In this document: piece after piece, positions 1-8,642 of the stretch
How positions within the stretch are numbered: the stretch's first letter is position 1
How the letters are laid out: the number at the start of each line of letters is the position of its first letter
Origin: Chloroflexota bacterium
GTDB lineage: Bacteria; Chloroflexota; Limnocylindria; Limnocylindrales; CSP1-4
Reading direction: 5' to 3'
Length of the DNA stretch: 32,985 nt
Assembly (NCBI GenBank): GCA_030446555.1
Contig: JAUJNA010000010.1
Span: 16,395-49,379 of the forward strand
The notes under the pieces: model-generated
What the model was told of the DNA's origin: nothing
The model's database searches: none
The model's input: only the letters and a program-made list of their open reading frames with translations
Position numbers and translations under genes: made by a program

Positions 1-748
1 CCTGCGAGACGAAGCTCATCTCCAGGTCGAGCTGGCTGAACTCCGGGCCGCGGTCGGCACGCATGTCCTCGTCGCGCATGCAGTGGGCGATCTGGAAGTA
101 GCGGTCGATGCCGGCGACCATCAGGATCTGCTTCAGCTGCTGGGGGCTCTGCGGCAGCGCGTAGACGTTGCCGGGCTGGAGGCGCGAGGGGACGATGAAG
201 TCGCGGGCGCCCTCCGGCGTCGACTTGATGAGCAGCGGCGTCTCCACCTCGACGAACCCGTGGTCGTGATGGACCTCGGAGATGGCGCGCAGCAGTCTCG
301 AGCGCAGCACGATCCGCTCGCGCATCCGTTCACGGCGCATGTCCAGGTAGCGGTACTTGAGGCGGAGCGGCTCGTCGATCGCCGCATCGGGATCGTTGAT
401 GGGGAAGGGCGGCGTCTCCGCCTCAGCGAGGAGCTCGATGTTTCGGGCGCGCAGTTCCACCTCGCCCGTCGCGAGCTTCGGGTTGGCCGTGCCGGGCAGC
501 CGCTCGGCGAGGACCCCCTCGACACGCACGACGAACTCGCTCCGGACCGTGGCGGCGATCGCATGGGCCTCGGGCGACTCCTGGGAGTCGACGACCACCT
601 GGGTGATCCCGTAGCGATCGCGCAGGTCCAGGAAGATGAGCTGGCCCAGGTCGCGGCGCCGGTGCACCCAGCCAGCCAGCGTCAGCTCGCGCCCGACGTG
701 CTCCGGGCGCGCGTCACCGCAGGTCAGGCTCCGGTAGGCGGTCTCCAT
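1..748 (-). CDS. aspS: Aspartate--tRNA ligase, N-terminal part (runs off the window edge)
   Basis: Not in the ORF track. Manual translation from ATG 748 (in-frame GTG at 754 also possible) gives [11 protein letters not shown]...[29 protein letters not shown] (OB-fold anticodon domain) and ...[43 protein letters not shown] (class II motif 2). Confidence 0.97.
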   Translation of the reverse strand, partial: METAYRSLTCGDARPEHVGRELTLAGWVHRRRDLGQLIFLDLRDRYGITQVVVDSQESPEAHAIAATVRSEFVVRVEGVLAERLPGTANPKLATGEVELRARNIELLAEAETPPFPINDPDAAIDEPLRLKYRYLDMRRERMRERIVLRSRLLRAISEVHHDHGFVEVETPLLIKSTPEGARDFIVPSRLQPGNVYALPQSPQQLKQILMVAGIDRYFQIAHCMRDEDMRADRGPEFSQLDLEMSFVSQ

Positions 749-803
749 GGCCACCGGATGGTAGCGGCTGGCCGATCGGACACGGAGCGACCCCGGCTCG
801 CTC

Positions 804-1844
804 TCAGGCGTCGGCGGCGTCCGGCCGATGGACGTCTCGGTAGCGCCACCGCCGGTATCGGTCACGGGCCGCCATCCCCGTGTCGAGCAGGGCGCGGCCG
901 ACGCGGTCGACCACCAGGTCCCAGGCACCGATGTAGTGGATCTCGCGGCCGCCGAAACCCGACTTGAACCGGGCGATCCCTTCGCGCGGCAGCCCCCACA
1001 GGTCGTACTCCGTGAAGCCCCACTCCCGGCTGCGCTTGATCGCCTCCCACTTCAGGAGGTAGTTCGCGCGCCGTCGTGCCCCTTCCGCGGTCGTCCCGCC
1101 GTACAGGTCCACGACGCGCGGGCCGCAGGAGACGAGGAAGAGCGTGGCGATGGGGTCGCCGGTGTCGGTCGCCTCCGCGAAGAGCAGCCGGGCCATGCCG
1201 CGCGGCGCCAGCTGTTCCCACATGTCCTGATAGGTCCGGTCCGCTCGCGCGGCGATCCCCGCGCGCACCATCGCATCGGTGTGGATGGTGTAGAAGTCAC
1301 CCAGCCGTGAGCCGCCCGCCTCGACCACCCGGACGCCCAGTCGTTCCGACTTGGTGACCGACTGGCGGGCCTTGCGGTGGATGCCGGCCCAGACCTCCTC
1401 CTCGGGGCGGCCGATGTCGATGATGTGCGTGGACTCCGGCTGGACGTGCGGCGCCGGGCGCCAGCCCTCCTGGCGGAGGAGCGCCCGGAGCTCCGGGCTG
1501 AGCTCCGCCTCCGGTTCGATGCGGACGTAGCCCAGCCGGCGGGCCCTCGCCCCGGTCCTGAGGCGCTCGGTGAACGCGGGCAGCGCCTCGAGGAGATCGG
1601 CTCCCACCGGGCCGCGCGGGATGTAGCCGATGCCGTAGGGCAGCGGCCGCGCGCGCTGGACGAGCACCTGGGCGCCGAGCACCTCCTTCCCGGCCGGCAC
1701 GGCGACGCGGAACGCCCCCCAGCCGTTGGGGCGTTTGATCGCCGCCCAGGCGGTCGTCTGGAGGTGCGTGGGCGTCGCCGAAGCCGCCACGAACGCCTCC
1801 CATGCGGCGTCGTCCCGGACCAGCTCCTTCGCGGTGACCGTCAC
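804..1844 (-). CDS. FemABX-family peptidoglycan aminoacyl transferase, paralogue 1
   Basis: 346 aa. Motifs WEAFV...[51 protein letters not shown]. Start overlaps the hisS stop (GTGA). Confidence 0.9.
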   Translation of the reverse strand: MTVTAKELVRDDAAWEAFVAASATPTHLQTTAWAAIKRPNGWGAFRVAVPAGKEVLGAQVLVQRARPLPYGIGYIPRGPVGADLLEALPAFTERLRTGARARRLGYVRIEPEAELSPELRALLRQEGWRPAPHVQPESTHIIDIGRPEEEVWAGIHRKARQSVTKSERLGVRVVEAGGSRLGDFYTIHTDAMVRAGIAARADRTYQDMWEQLAPRGMARLLFAEATDTGDPIATLFLVSCGPRVVDLYGGTTAEGARRRANYLLKWEAIKRSREWGFTEYDLWGLPREGIARFKSGFGGREIHYIGAWDLVVDRVGRALLDTGMAARDRYRRWRYRDVHRPDAADA

Positions 1845-3157
1845 TCGCTCGCCGGGACATGACGGTGCTGTGCCTGGGCGCGTTGCAGCTCGTGGGCAAG
1901 TTCCGGGAGGTCCACGGTGCGCTGCGTACCGGCGAGAAGGTCCTTGACGATCACCTGCCCCGAGCGCAGCTCGTCGCCGCCGATGACCGCGAAGTGAGCG
2001 CCATCCCGTGCGGCCGCCTCCATCTGGCGCGCGAGCTTCCGCTGGCCGAGATCGGCCCGGGCGGTGAGCCCGGCCGCGCGAAGCTCCGTGACGATCCGAA
2101 GCCGCGTCACCGTGTCGGCCGGATCCGCGCCGACCACGACGGCCACTGGATCAGCGGGCACGCCTTCGACGGAAGCGCCACCGGCTCCCCGCGCTGCCAG
2201 CGCGAGTGCCACCCGATCGAGCCCGATGCCGAAGCCGATCCCGGGCGTGGGCCTGCCGCCCAGGAGCTCGATGAGTCCGTCGTATCGACCGCCGCCGCCC
2301 AGCGCATCCTGCTGGCCCTCCGCGCCGCGGGGGAAGAACTCGAACGCCGTCCGCGTGTAGTAGTCGAGGCCGCGCACCAGCCGATGCTCCAGGCGATACC
2401 GGACCCCCAACGCATCCAGGTGAGCGCGAACGGCCGCGAAGTGCTGGGCGCATGCGTCGCACAACCGATCCAGGCTGCGCGGTGCTGTCGCGTTGATCGC
2501 CGCCATCCCGGGATCCTTCGAGTCGAGCAGGCGGAGCGGGTTCCGCTCGAGCCGCTCGCGCTCGGCCGGCGGCAGCTCGGCAGCGTGCGATCGGTAGTGA
2601 CCGACCAGCTCGGCCACGTAGTCCGGCCGGCACGCGGCGTCGCCGATCGAGTTGAGCAGCAGCTCCGTCTCGCCCACGCCCGCATCCCGCAGGAAGCGGT
2701 CGGCGAGCTCGATGATCTCCGCGTCGACCGCTGGTCCGGGGTCGCCGATGGCCTCCACGTCGAACTGCCAGAACTGTCGGTAGCGCCCCGCCTGCGGGCG
2801 GTCGTAGCGGAACATCGGCCCGGTCAGGGTGAGACGAACGGGCTGGGGCAGGGTCTGCATGCCGTGCTGCACGTAGGCGCGACAGATGCCGGCCGTCGGT
2901 TCCGGGCGCAGCGCCCAGCGCTCTCCGTCCCCGTCGCCCCGGCCCGCCTGCACGCGGAAGAGCTCCTTCTCCACGACCTCGGTGGCCTGCCCCACGCCTC
3001 GCTCGAAGACCTCCGCCTGCTCGAAAAGCGGCGTCTCGATGGGCTGGTAGCCGTAGCGGGTCGCGAGCGCCAGGGCCATCCGCTCCAGGTGCAGGAGCGA
3101 GGCGCGCTCCGCTGGCAGCAGGTCGCGCGTGCCCCTGGGGGCCTGGAAGCGTGGCAC
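1841..3157 (-). CDS. hisS: Histidine--tRNA ligase
   Basis: GTG 3157 gives (M)PRFQAPRGTRDLLP. Motifs LRPEPTA, FRYDRPQAGRYRQFWQ, LVRGLDYYT, GGGRYDGL, GFGIGLDR and a C-terminal anticodon-binding domain. The ORF-track extension to 3331 is unsupported. Confidence 0.97.
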   Translation of the reverse strand: MPRFQAPRGTRDLLPAERASLLHLERMALALATRYGYQPIETPLFEQAEVFERGVGQATEVVEKELFRVQAGRGDGDGERWALRPEPTAGICRAYVQHGMQTLPQPVRLTLTGPMFRYDRPQAGRYRQFWQFDVEAIGDPGPAVDAEIIELADRFLRDAGVGETELLLNSIGDAACRPDYVAELVGHYRSHAAELPPAERERLERNPLRLLDSKDPGMAAINATAPRSLDRLCDACAQHFAAVRAHLDALGVRYRLEHRLVRGLDYYTRTAFEFFPRGAEGQQDALGGGGRYDGLIELLGGRPTPGIGFGIGLDRVALALAARGAGGASVEGVPADPVAVVVGADPADTVTRLRIVTELRAAGLTARADLGQRKLARQMEAAARDGAHFAVIGGDELRSGQVIVKDLLAGTQRTVDLPELAHELQRAQAQHRHVPASE

Positions 3158-3164
3158 GCTCGCG

Positions 3165-3170
3165 AGTCTA
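3165..3170 (-). promoter_or_regulatory. Putative -10 box (TAGACT) for leaderless hisS
   Basis: TANNNT hexamer 7 nt upstream of the hisS GTG, with no Shine-Dalgarno in between. Confidence 0.6.
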
Positions 3171-3221
3171 GCGTCGGGTGGCCGCTCGACATGGAACCCC
3201 CGCCCGGTGCACGATCGCGCC

Positions 3222-3548
3222 ATGGAGCGCCCATCCGCCCATTGCTCCCATGAGTGGCGTTGGGTACGCCGGCCCGCCCAGCGCCTCCTGCTGCCGAACT
3301 GGCTGGCGATCACCATCGGGCGCCACGTCATCTCCTGGCGGCGGCTCGACGAGGTGGAGCTGGCGCACGAGCTGAAGCACGTGGAGCAGTGGACCCGCTA
3401 CGGCCTGCGCTTCATCCCGCGGTATCTGCGCGCCGGTCACCGCGCTGCTGCCTCGGGCGGCGATCGATACCGGGACAATCCCTTCGAGATCGAGGCGAGG
3501 GTCGCCGAGCAAGCCGCCCGAGAACGGGCTCGCGACCGGAGCCGCTAA
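3222..3548 (+). CDS. Small HExxH zincin-like protein (DUF4157-like)
   Basis: 108 aa from ATG 3222. Motifs AITIG...ELAHELKHVEQW...YRDNPFEIEAR. CACGAT lies 6 nt before the ATG. Stop overlaps the rel stop convergently. Confidence 0.7.
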   Translation: MERPSAHCSHEWRWVRRPAQRLLLPNWLAITIGRHVISWRRLDEVELAHELKHVEQWTRYGLRFIPRYLRAGHRAAASGGDRYRDNPFEIEARVAEQAARERARDRSR

Positions 3549-5815
3549 TTGAGCTCGCGCTGCACGGAGTGGACGTCGCGTAGCTGCTCCAGGCGCGTGA
3601 CGACCTTGGCCAGTTGCGCCACGGACGTCACCTGGAGTGTCGCCGCGATCGTGGCACGGTGGTCGGAGTGGACGTTGACCTGCGCCGACACGATGTTGAT
3701 GCGGTTCTCGGCGACCACGTTGCTGATCTCGGAGAGCAGCCCGGTCCTGTCGAAGGCCTCGATGCGGATGGCGATGGGATAGGTCTGCTGGACCTCCGTC
3801 TCCCACTCCACGTCGATGAGGCGCGCGACGTCGGGCTCGTTGACGATCGTGGAACAGGTCCGCAAGTGGACGGTGACGCCGCGACCACGCGTCACGAAGC
3901 CGACGATGGGGTCGCCCGGGATGGGGTGACAGCACTTCGTGAAGCGGACCAGGATGTCACTGACACCCTTGACCCGGACGCCGCCGGTGCGTGCGGGCAC
4001 CGGTGGGGCCACCTGGGGCAGCACCGTCTCGTTGGCGTCGTCGATGACCCCGAAGCGAGTCACGACCTGCTGGGCGCTCACCGCGCCGTAGCCGACCGCC
4101 GCGTAGAAGTCGTCGAGGTTGGAGTAGCGGTACGCCTCGGCCATCTCGGCCAGGCGGTCCGCACCGATCCGCTCCAGCGAGCTGCGTGCCAAGCGCCGCA
4201 GCTCCCGGTCCAGCGCCTCCTTGCCGTGCACGATGTTCTCGTCGCGCTGCTGACGCTTGAACCACTGCCGGATCTTCTCCTTGGCGTGGTTCGTGCGCGC
4301 GATGTTGAGCCAGTCGCGTGACGGGCCGTGGACGCTCTTGGTGGTGACGATCTCCACGATGTCACCGTTCTGGAGCTTGTGGTCGAGCGGAACGAGGCGG
4401 TTGTTGACCTTCGCCCCGATGCATGAATGGCCCACGTCGGTGTGGATGCGGTACGCGAAGTCGATGGGTGTCGCCCCGGCGGGCAGGTCCTTGACGGCGC
4501 CCTTGGGCGTGAACACGAAGACCTGGTCCTGGAAGATGTCGAGCTTCAGGCCCTCGACGAACTCGGTGGCATCGGCCGAGACCTCGCGCTGCCAGTCCAT
4601 CAGCTGACGCACCCAGGCCAGCTTGGCGTCGTAGGCCCGGTCCGACTTGGAGCCTTCCTTGTAGCGCCAGTGGGCGGCGATGCCGATCTCCGAGACGTTG
4701 TGCATCTCGTGGGTCCGGATCTGCACTTCCAGCGGCTTGCCCTCCAGGGCCACGACGGCGGTGTGAAGGCTCTGGTAGAAGTTGTTCTTGGGCATCGCGA
4801 TGTAGTCGTCGAACTGCCCGGGGATGGGCCGCCAGAGTGAATGCACCACGCCCAGCGCGGCGTAGCAGTCCTTCAACTCGTCGACGAGCACACGCACCGC
4901 GTAGACGTCATAGATCTCGGAGAAGGCGGCGCCCTTGCGCTGCATCTTCCGGTAGATGCTGTAGATGTGCTTCGGTCGACCCGACAGCTCGGCGTGGATG
5001 CCCGCCTTGGGCAACGCCTCCTCCAGCACCGCCATCGCCCGCTTCACGAAGCTCTCCCGTTCTCGACGGTGCGTCTCCAGCTGCCCGGCCAGCGAGCGGT
5101 ACGCCTCCGCCTCGAGGGTCTTGAAGGCGAGATCCTCCAGCTCCCACTTGATCTGCCAGATCCCCAGCCGTTCCGCCAGCGGCGCGTAGATCTCCGAGGT
5201 CTGGCGAGCGATGCGCTGCTGCTTCTCGAGGGGCAGCGCGCCCAGCGTGCGCATGTTGTGCAGCCGGTCGGCCAGCTTGATGAGGATGACCCGGATGTCC
5301 TCGGCCATGGCCAGGAACATCTTGCGGATGTTCTCCGCCTGCTGCTCCTCGTGGGTCCGCGCGGACCCGAACTTGGAGAGCTTGGTGACCCCGTCCACCA
5401 GCTTCGCGACCTCCGGGCCGAAGCGCTCCTCGAGGTCGTCGAGCGAGAAGTCGGTGTCCTCGGGGATGTCGTGGAGGAGCGCCGCCTGCACGGCGATGGG
5501 ATCCAGCCCCAGCTCGGCCAGCAGGTGTGCGACGGCCACCGGATGGGATACGTACGGCTCGCCACTGGCGCGCTTCTGGCCCTCGTGCGCCTCACTCGCG
5601 AAGCGATAGGCGGCCTCGATGCGGGTCGTGTCGGCGTTGGGATGGTGGATCAGCAGCTCGCGCTCGAGGCGCCGCTCGGCGGCATCGAGGGCACGCGGCG
5701 TGAAGCCGACGGGCGCCCCGATGCGGCGCCGCTCGAGTCTCTTCTCGGTGCTCGGTGAAGACGGCTCGGTCGCGGCGCTTGCCGATCGCTTGGAGGGCAC
5801 CGGCGAGATGGCCAT
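3545..5815 (-). CDS. rel: Long RelA/SpoT homologue, bifunctional (p)ppGpp synthetase/hydrolase
   Basis: ATG 5815 (MAISPV). HD domain (EPYVSHP, LLHDIPED, KLADRLHNMRTL), synthetase (GRPKHIYSIYRKM, YQSLHT, EVQIRT), TGS (VFVFTPKG, DFAYRIHT), CCHP zinc finger and C-terminal ACT. Confidence 0.96.
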   Translation of the reverse strand: MAISPVPSKRSASAATEPSSPSTEKRLERRRIGAPVGFTPRALDAAERRLERELLIHHPNADTTRIEAAYRFASEAHEGQKRASGEPYVSHPVAVAHLLAELGLDPIAVQAALLHDIPEDTDFSLDDLEERFGPEVAKLVDGVTKLSKFGSARTHEEQQAENIRKMFLAMAEDIRVILIKLADRLHNMRTLGALPLEKQQRIARQTSEIYAPLAERLGIWQIKWELEDLAFKTLEAEAYRSLAGQLETHRRERESFVKRAMAVLEEALPKAGIHAELSGRPKHIYSIYRKMQRKGAAFSEIYDVYAVRVLVDELKDCYAALGVVHSLWRPIPGQFDDYIAMPKNNFYQSLHTAVVALEGKPLEVQIRTHEMHNVSEIGIAAHWRYKEGSKSDRAYDAKLAWVRQLMDWQREVSADATEFVEGLKLDIFQDQVFVFTPKGAVKDLPAGATPIDFAYRIHTDVGHSCIGAKVNNRLVPLDHKLQNGDIVEIVTTKSVHGPSRDWLNIARTNHAKEKIRQWFKRQQRDENIVHGKEALDRELRRLARSSLERIGADRLAEMAEAYRYSNLDDFYAAVGYGAVSAQQVVTRFGVIDDANETVLPQVAPPVPARTGGVRVKGVSDILVRFTKCCHPIPGDPIVGFVTRGRGVTVHLRTCSTIVNEPDVARLIDVEWETEVQQTYPIAIRIEAFDRTGLLSEISNVVAENRINIVSAQVNVHSDHRATIAATLQVTSVAQLAKVVTRLEQLRDVHSVQRELN

Positions 5816-5824
5816 GACCGCGCC

Positions 5825-5830
5825 AGTGTA
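5825..5830 (-). promoter_or_regulatory. Putative -10 box (TACACT) for rel
   Basis: TANNNT 9 nt upstream of ATG 5815, no SD. The same hexamer precedes topA. Confidence 0.55.
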
Positions 5831-5892
5831 CCGTGGGCACTTCCCGACCCAGCACCACGCCGCGTGCTCGACACGCTTCCCGCGGAGGGCCG

Positions 5893-7221
5893 ATGCCGCA
5901 CGACCTCCGACAGCCACCGACGCGCGCCCACGCCTCGCGCCGGCCGTTCGTGCTGCCCGCACTGTGCCTCGCGCTGCTGGCGGCGTGCAGCAGCGCCCCG
6001 GTCCCGGTGCCCGCCGTCTCGCCGGTGCCGAGCACGCCGACCGGCGCGATCGGGTCATCACCGCCCTCACCTGCCGCCTCGCTGGACACCCTGCCGTCGG
6101 CCGGAGACCCCGGTGCGAACCCTTCTCCCAGCGCCAGCGTCCCCCTCGGTGGCTCGCCTACCCCGGTGCCGTCCCCGAGCGGCACGGTCCCTGCCACGAT
6201 CGACGCCGCACTGGCGGCGCGACTCCAGGGGGCCGTCGACGATGCGCGGGAGCGCGTGCCGGTGCCCGGCCTGTCGGTGGCCATCCGTCTGCCCACCGGC
6301 GAGCTCTGGACGGGGGTCTCGGGGCTCGCTTCGCTAAGGCCCGCACGCGAGATCACACCCGACACCGTCTTCGCTGTCGCCAGCATCACCAAGACCTTCG
6401 TGACGGCGCTCATCCTCCAGCTCGCAGAGGAGGGCGCGCTGTCGCTCGACGATCCGCTGGCCGACTACCTGCCCGACTTCCCCCGTGCTGGCCGGATCAC
6501 GCTGCGTCAGCTGCTCTCCCACACCAGCGGGGTGTTCAACTTCTTCGAGCACCCGCGCTACAACGCGCAGGTCTTCGCCGACCGCGACCGTCGGTGGACG
6601 TTCGAGGGGATCCTGGGCTTCGTGAAGAGCCCGTACTGTGCGCCGGGCGCCTGCTTCCACTACTCCAACACCAACTTCGTGCTGCTGGGCAAGGTCGCCG
6701 AGGAGGCGACCGGGGAGACCCTCGCGGAGCAGCTGCGGGCCCGCTTCTTCGATCCACTGGCCCTGGAGGACACCGTCTTCCAGCCCGACGAACAGACGCC
6801 TCGCGACGCGGCGCATGGCCACCTGGCCTACGGCGACGGGTTCATCGACCAGACCGGGCGCAGCCGCGTCATCCCGCACCTCTCGGCCGTGACGGTGGCC
6901 TGGGCAGCCGGCGCCATCGCGTCAACGCCGACCGACCTGGCGCGCTGGGCAGCCGCGTTGTACGGCGGAGACGTCCTCGCACCCGCCTCGACGACCGAGA
7001 TGCTGACCTTCCGGCCGCGTGACGCGTACGGGCTGGGCACCCGGACGCAGGTCTTCCGCGGCCGCGTGGCGGTGGGCCACCTGGGCGGCATCCGCGGCTT
7101 CGAGAGCGCCATGTGGCATTTCCCGGCGGAGGGGATGACCATCGTGGTCCTCAGCGACCGCGGTCTGTGGCGCACGGACCGGGTGGTGCTCCGGCTGCTG
7201 CGCACGCTCCTGGGTGAGTGA
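5893..7221 (+). CDS. Lipoprotein serine hydrolase of the beta-lactamase/DD-peptidase superfamily (AmpH/R61-like)
   Basis: GGAGG SD then ATG 5893. Basic N-region, hydrophobic stretch and lipobox LAAC, then a Pro/Ser/Thr linker. Catalytic motifs SxxK (ASITK), YxN (YSNTNF) and HxG (GHLGG). Confidence 0.88.
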   Translation: MPHDLRQPPTRAHASRRPFVLPALCLALLAACSSAPVPVPAVSPVPSTPTGAIGSSPPSPAASLDTLPSAGDPGANPSPSASVPLGGSPTPVPSPSGTVPATIDAALAARLQGAVDDARERVPVPGLSVAIRLPTGELWTGVSGLASLRPAREITPDTVFAVASITKTFVTALILQLAEEGALSLDDPLADYLPDFPRAGRITLRQLLSHTSGVFNFFEHPRYNAQVFADRDRRWTFEGILGFVKSPYCAPGACFHYSNTNFVLLGKVAEEATGETLAEQLRARFFDPLALEDTVFQPDEQTPRDAAHGHLAYGDGFIDQTGRSRVIPHLSAVTVAWAAGAIASTPTDLARWAAALYGGDVLAPASTTEMLTFRPRDAYGLGTRTQVFRGRVAVGHLGGIRGFESAMWHFPAEGMTIVVLSDRGLWRTDRVVLRLLRTLLGE

Positions 7222-7261
7222 CGGGCGCGCGGCGAGCGGCCGGGGCCCGGGCCGGGTTCCT

Positions 7262-7270
7262 TGGTAGGAT
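7262..7270 (+). promoter_or_regulatory. Extended -10 promoter (TGgTAGGAT) for the GNAT-carrier-ligase-decarboxylase-fem operon
   Basis: TGn plus TAGGAT, 7 nt upstream of ATG 7278 (leaderless geometry). Confidence 0.6.
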
Positions 7271-7277
7271 CCCCGAG

Positions 7278-8375
7278 ATGAAGGGCGTGGCTGTCCGGCC
7301 CTACCGACCATCGGATGCCGACGGCGTCGCGAGGCTGCGGGTCCGCGCCTACCCGGACCTCCCCGAGGCCCACGATGACGACTGGCACCGGCGCCTGTAC
7401 GACTGGCTGGGGAGCGGGCCACTCGCGAGCGAGATGCAACGCTGGGTGGTCGACGACGACGGCGAAGTCGTGGGTCACCTCGCGTCGGCGGCGCAGCACT
7501 ATCGGATCGACGGCCGACGGGTCGTGGCGCACAGCCCCGCCGACTACATGGTCCTGCCGGCGTACGGCTTCCACGCCGTGGTCCTGATGCGTACGTTCTT
7601 CCAGACCCACGGGGACTACGTGGCCTGCAACTGGGAGTCCAAGGCGACGGCCATCGAGAGCACCTTCGGCGCCGTGGAAGCGGGCGAGCTCCAGTATCGG
7701 ATCAAGCCGCTCGATCTCTCCAGCCGGCGGGGGCGAGACGGGCGCACCAGGACCGTGCCGGCGGCGGTCGCGAGCCGCAGCCTGCGCGTCCTCGACGGAG
7801 CGCTGGCTCGCACCTTCGGAGGTCGGCTGAGCGCTCAGGTCGTCGGCGAGCCGGACGACTCGTTCGACGAGCTCTGCGAGGCGGTCGCCGGGGCCGTGCC
7901 GTGCGTCGTGGAGAAGGACTCCACGTTCCTGCGCTGGCGATACGGCCCCGGATCACCGCAATGGCCGGTCACCATCCTGGCGGTCAACGATGGCGCGTCC
8001 GTGCTGGGCTACGCTGTGCTGCACCTGTCCGGCCAGGGCGACGGCTCGATCCTGGACCTGACGACCCGCCCGGGACGCCGCGATGTGACACGAGCGCTGT
8101 TGCGCGAGGTGATCGCCCACTCCTGGCGAGCCGGCGTGTACGCCATCCGGTACCGCTTCACCCCATCATCGACCGCACCCAGCCCGGGGGTACTCACCCG
8201 GCTGGGGTTCCTCAGCCGTAACGACCGGCGACTGCCGTTGCCGGGGCTCGGCCGGTCGTCGCGCCACCGACTCTTCGTCAGGTTCATCGACCCGGGTACA
8301 CACGCAGTCGCCCGGGAGCCCGCCAACTGGGCGTACAGCCTGGGCGACGGCGAAGCAGGTCTCTGGATCCGATAG
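7278..8375 (+). CDS. Tandem GNAT-fold acyl/aminoacyl transferase, substrate unknown
   Basis: 365 aa from ATG 7278 (ORF track starts at GTG 7218). N-terminal GNAT pattern VRPYRPSD...WVVDDDGEVVGH...DYMVLPAY. Second GNAT-like half with FLRWRY...VLGYAVL...ILDL. Confidence 0.65.
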   Translation: MKGVAVRPYRPSDADGVARLRVRAYPDLPEAHDDDWHRRLYDWLGSGPLASEMQRWVVDDDGEVVGHLASAAQHYRIDGRRVVAHSPADYMVLPAYGFHAVVLMRTFFQTHGDYVACNWESKATAIESTFGAVEAGELQYRIKPLDLSSRRGRDGRTRTVPAAVASRSLRVLDGALARTFGGRLSAQVVGEPDDSFDELCEAVAGAVPCVVEKDSTFLRWRYGPGSPQWPVTILAVNDGASVLGYAVLHLSGQGDGSILDLTTRPGRRDVTRALLREVIAHSWRAGVYAIRYRFTPSSTAPSPGVLTRLGFLSRNDRRLPLPGLGRSSRHRLFVRFIDPGTHAVAREPANWAYSLGDGEAGLWIR

Positions 8376-8390
8376 GAGGTCATCCCACCG

Positions 8391-8642
8391 ATGCAGGTCA
8401 CGACGGAAGGAACGGCAAGCGCGATCCACGGGTGGCTGCAGGAGCACGTGACCGGCGGTCGGCCACTCGCCGATGACCTGCCGCTCCTGGAAAGCGGCGT
8501 CCTGACGTCACTGCAGACGGTGGAGCTCGTGCTCTTCCTGGAAGGGCACTTCGGCATCTCGGTGAGTGACGATGACTTCGTGGAGGAGAACTTCAGCTCG
8601 GTGGACGCGATCGTCGCGTTCGTCACGAGCAGGGTCGGCTAG
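8391..8642 (+). CDS. Stand-alone acyl/aminoacyl carrier protein (DltC/BtrI-like)
   Basis: 83 aa, acidic. LLESGVLTSLQTVELVLFLEGHFGI with predicted phosphopantetheine site Ser40 (8508-8510) and an ENFSSVDAIVAFV tail. AGGAGG upstream. Confidence 0.88.
   Translation: MQVTTEGTASAIHGWLQEHVTGGRPLADDLPLLESGVLTSLQTVELVLFLEGHFGISVSDDDFVEENFSSVDAIVAFVTSRVG

Noticed and set aside
5893-7221. Class C beta-lactamase resistance gene
   Set aside because: The third motif is HLG rather than KTG, and the lipoprotein-plus-stalk layout fits a DD-peptidase or esterase. Resistance cannot be inferred from sequence.
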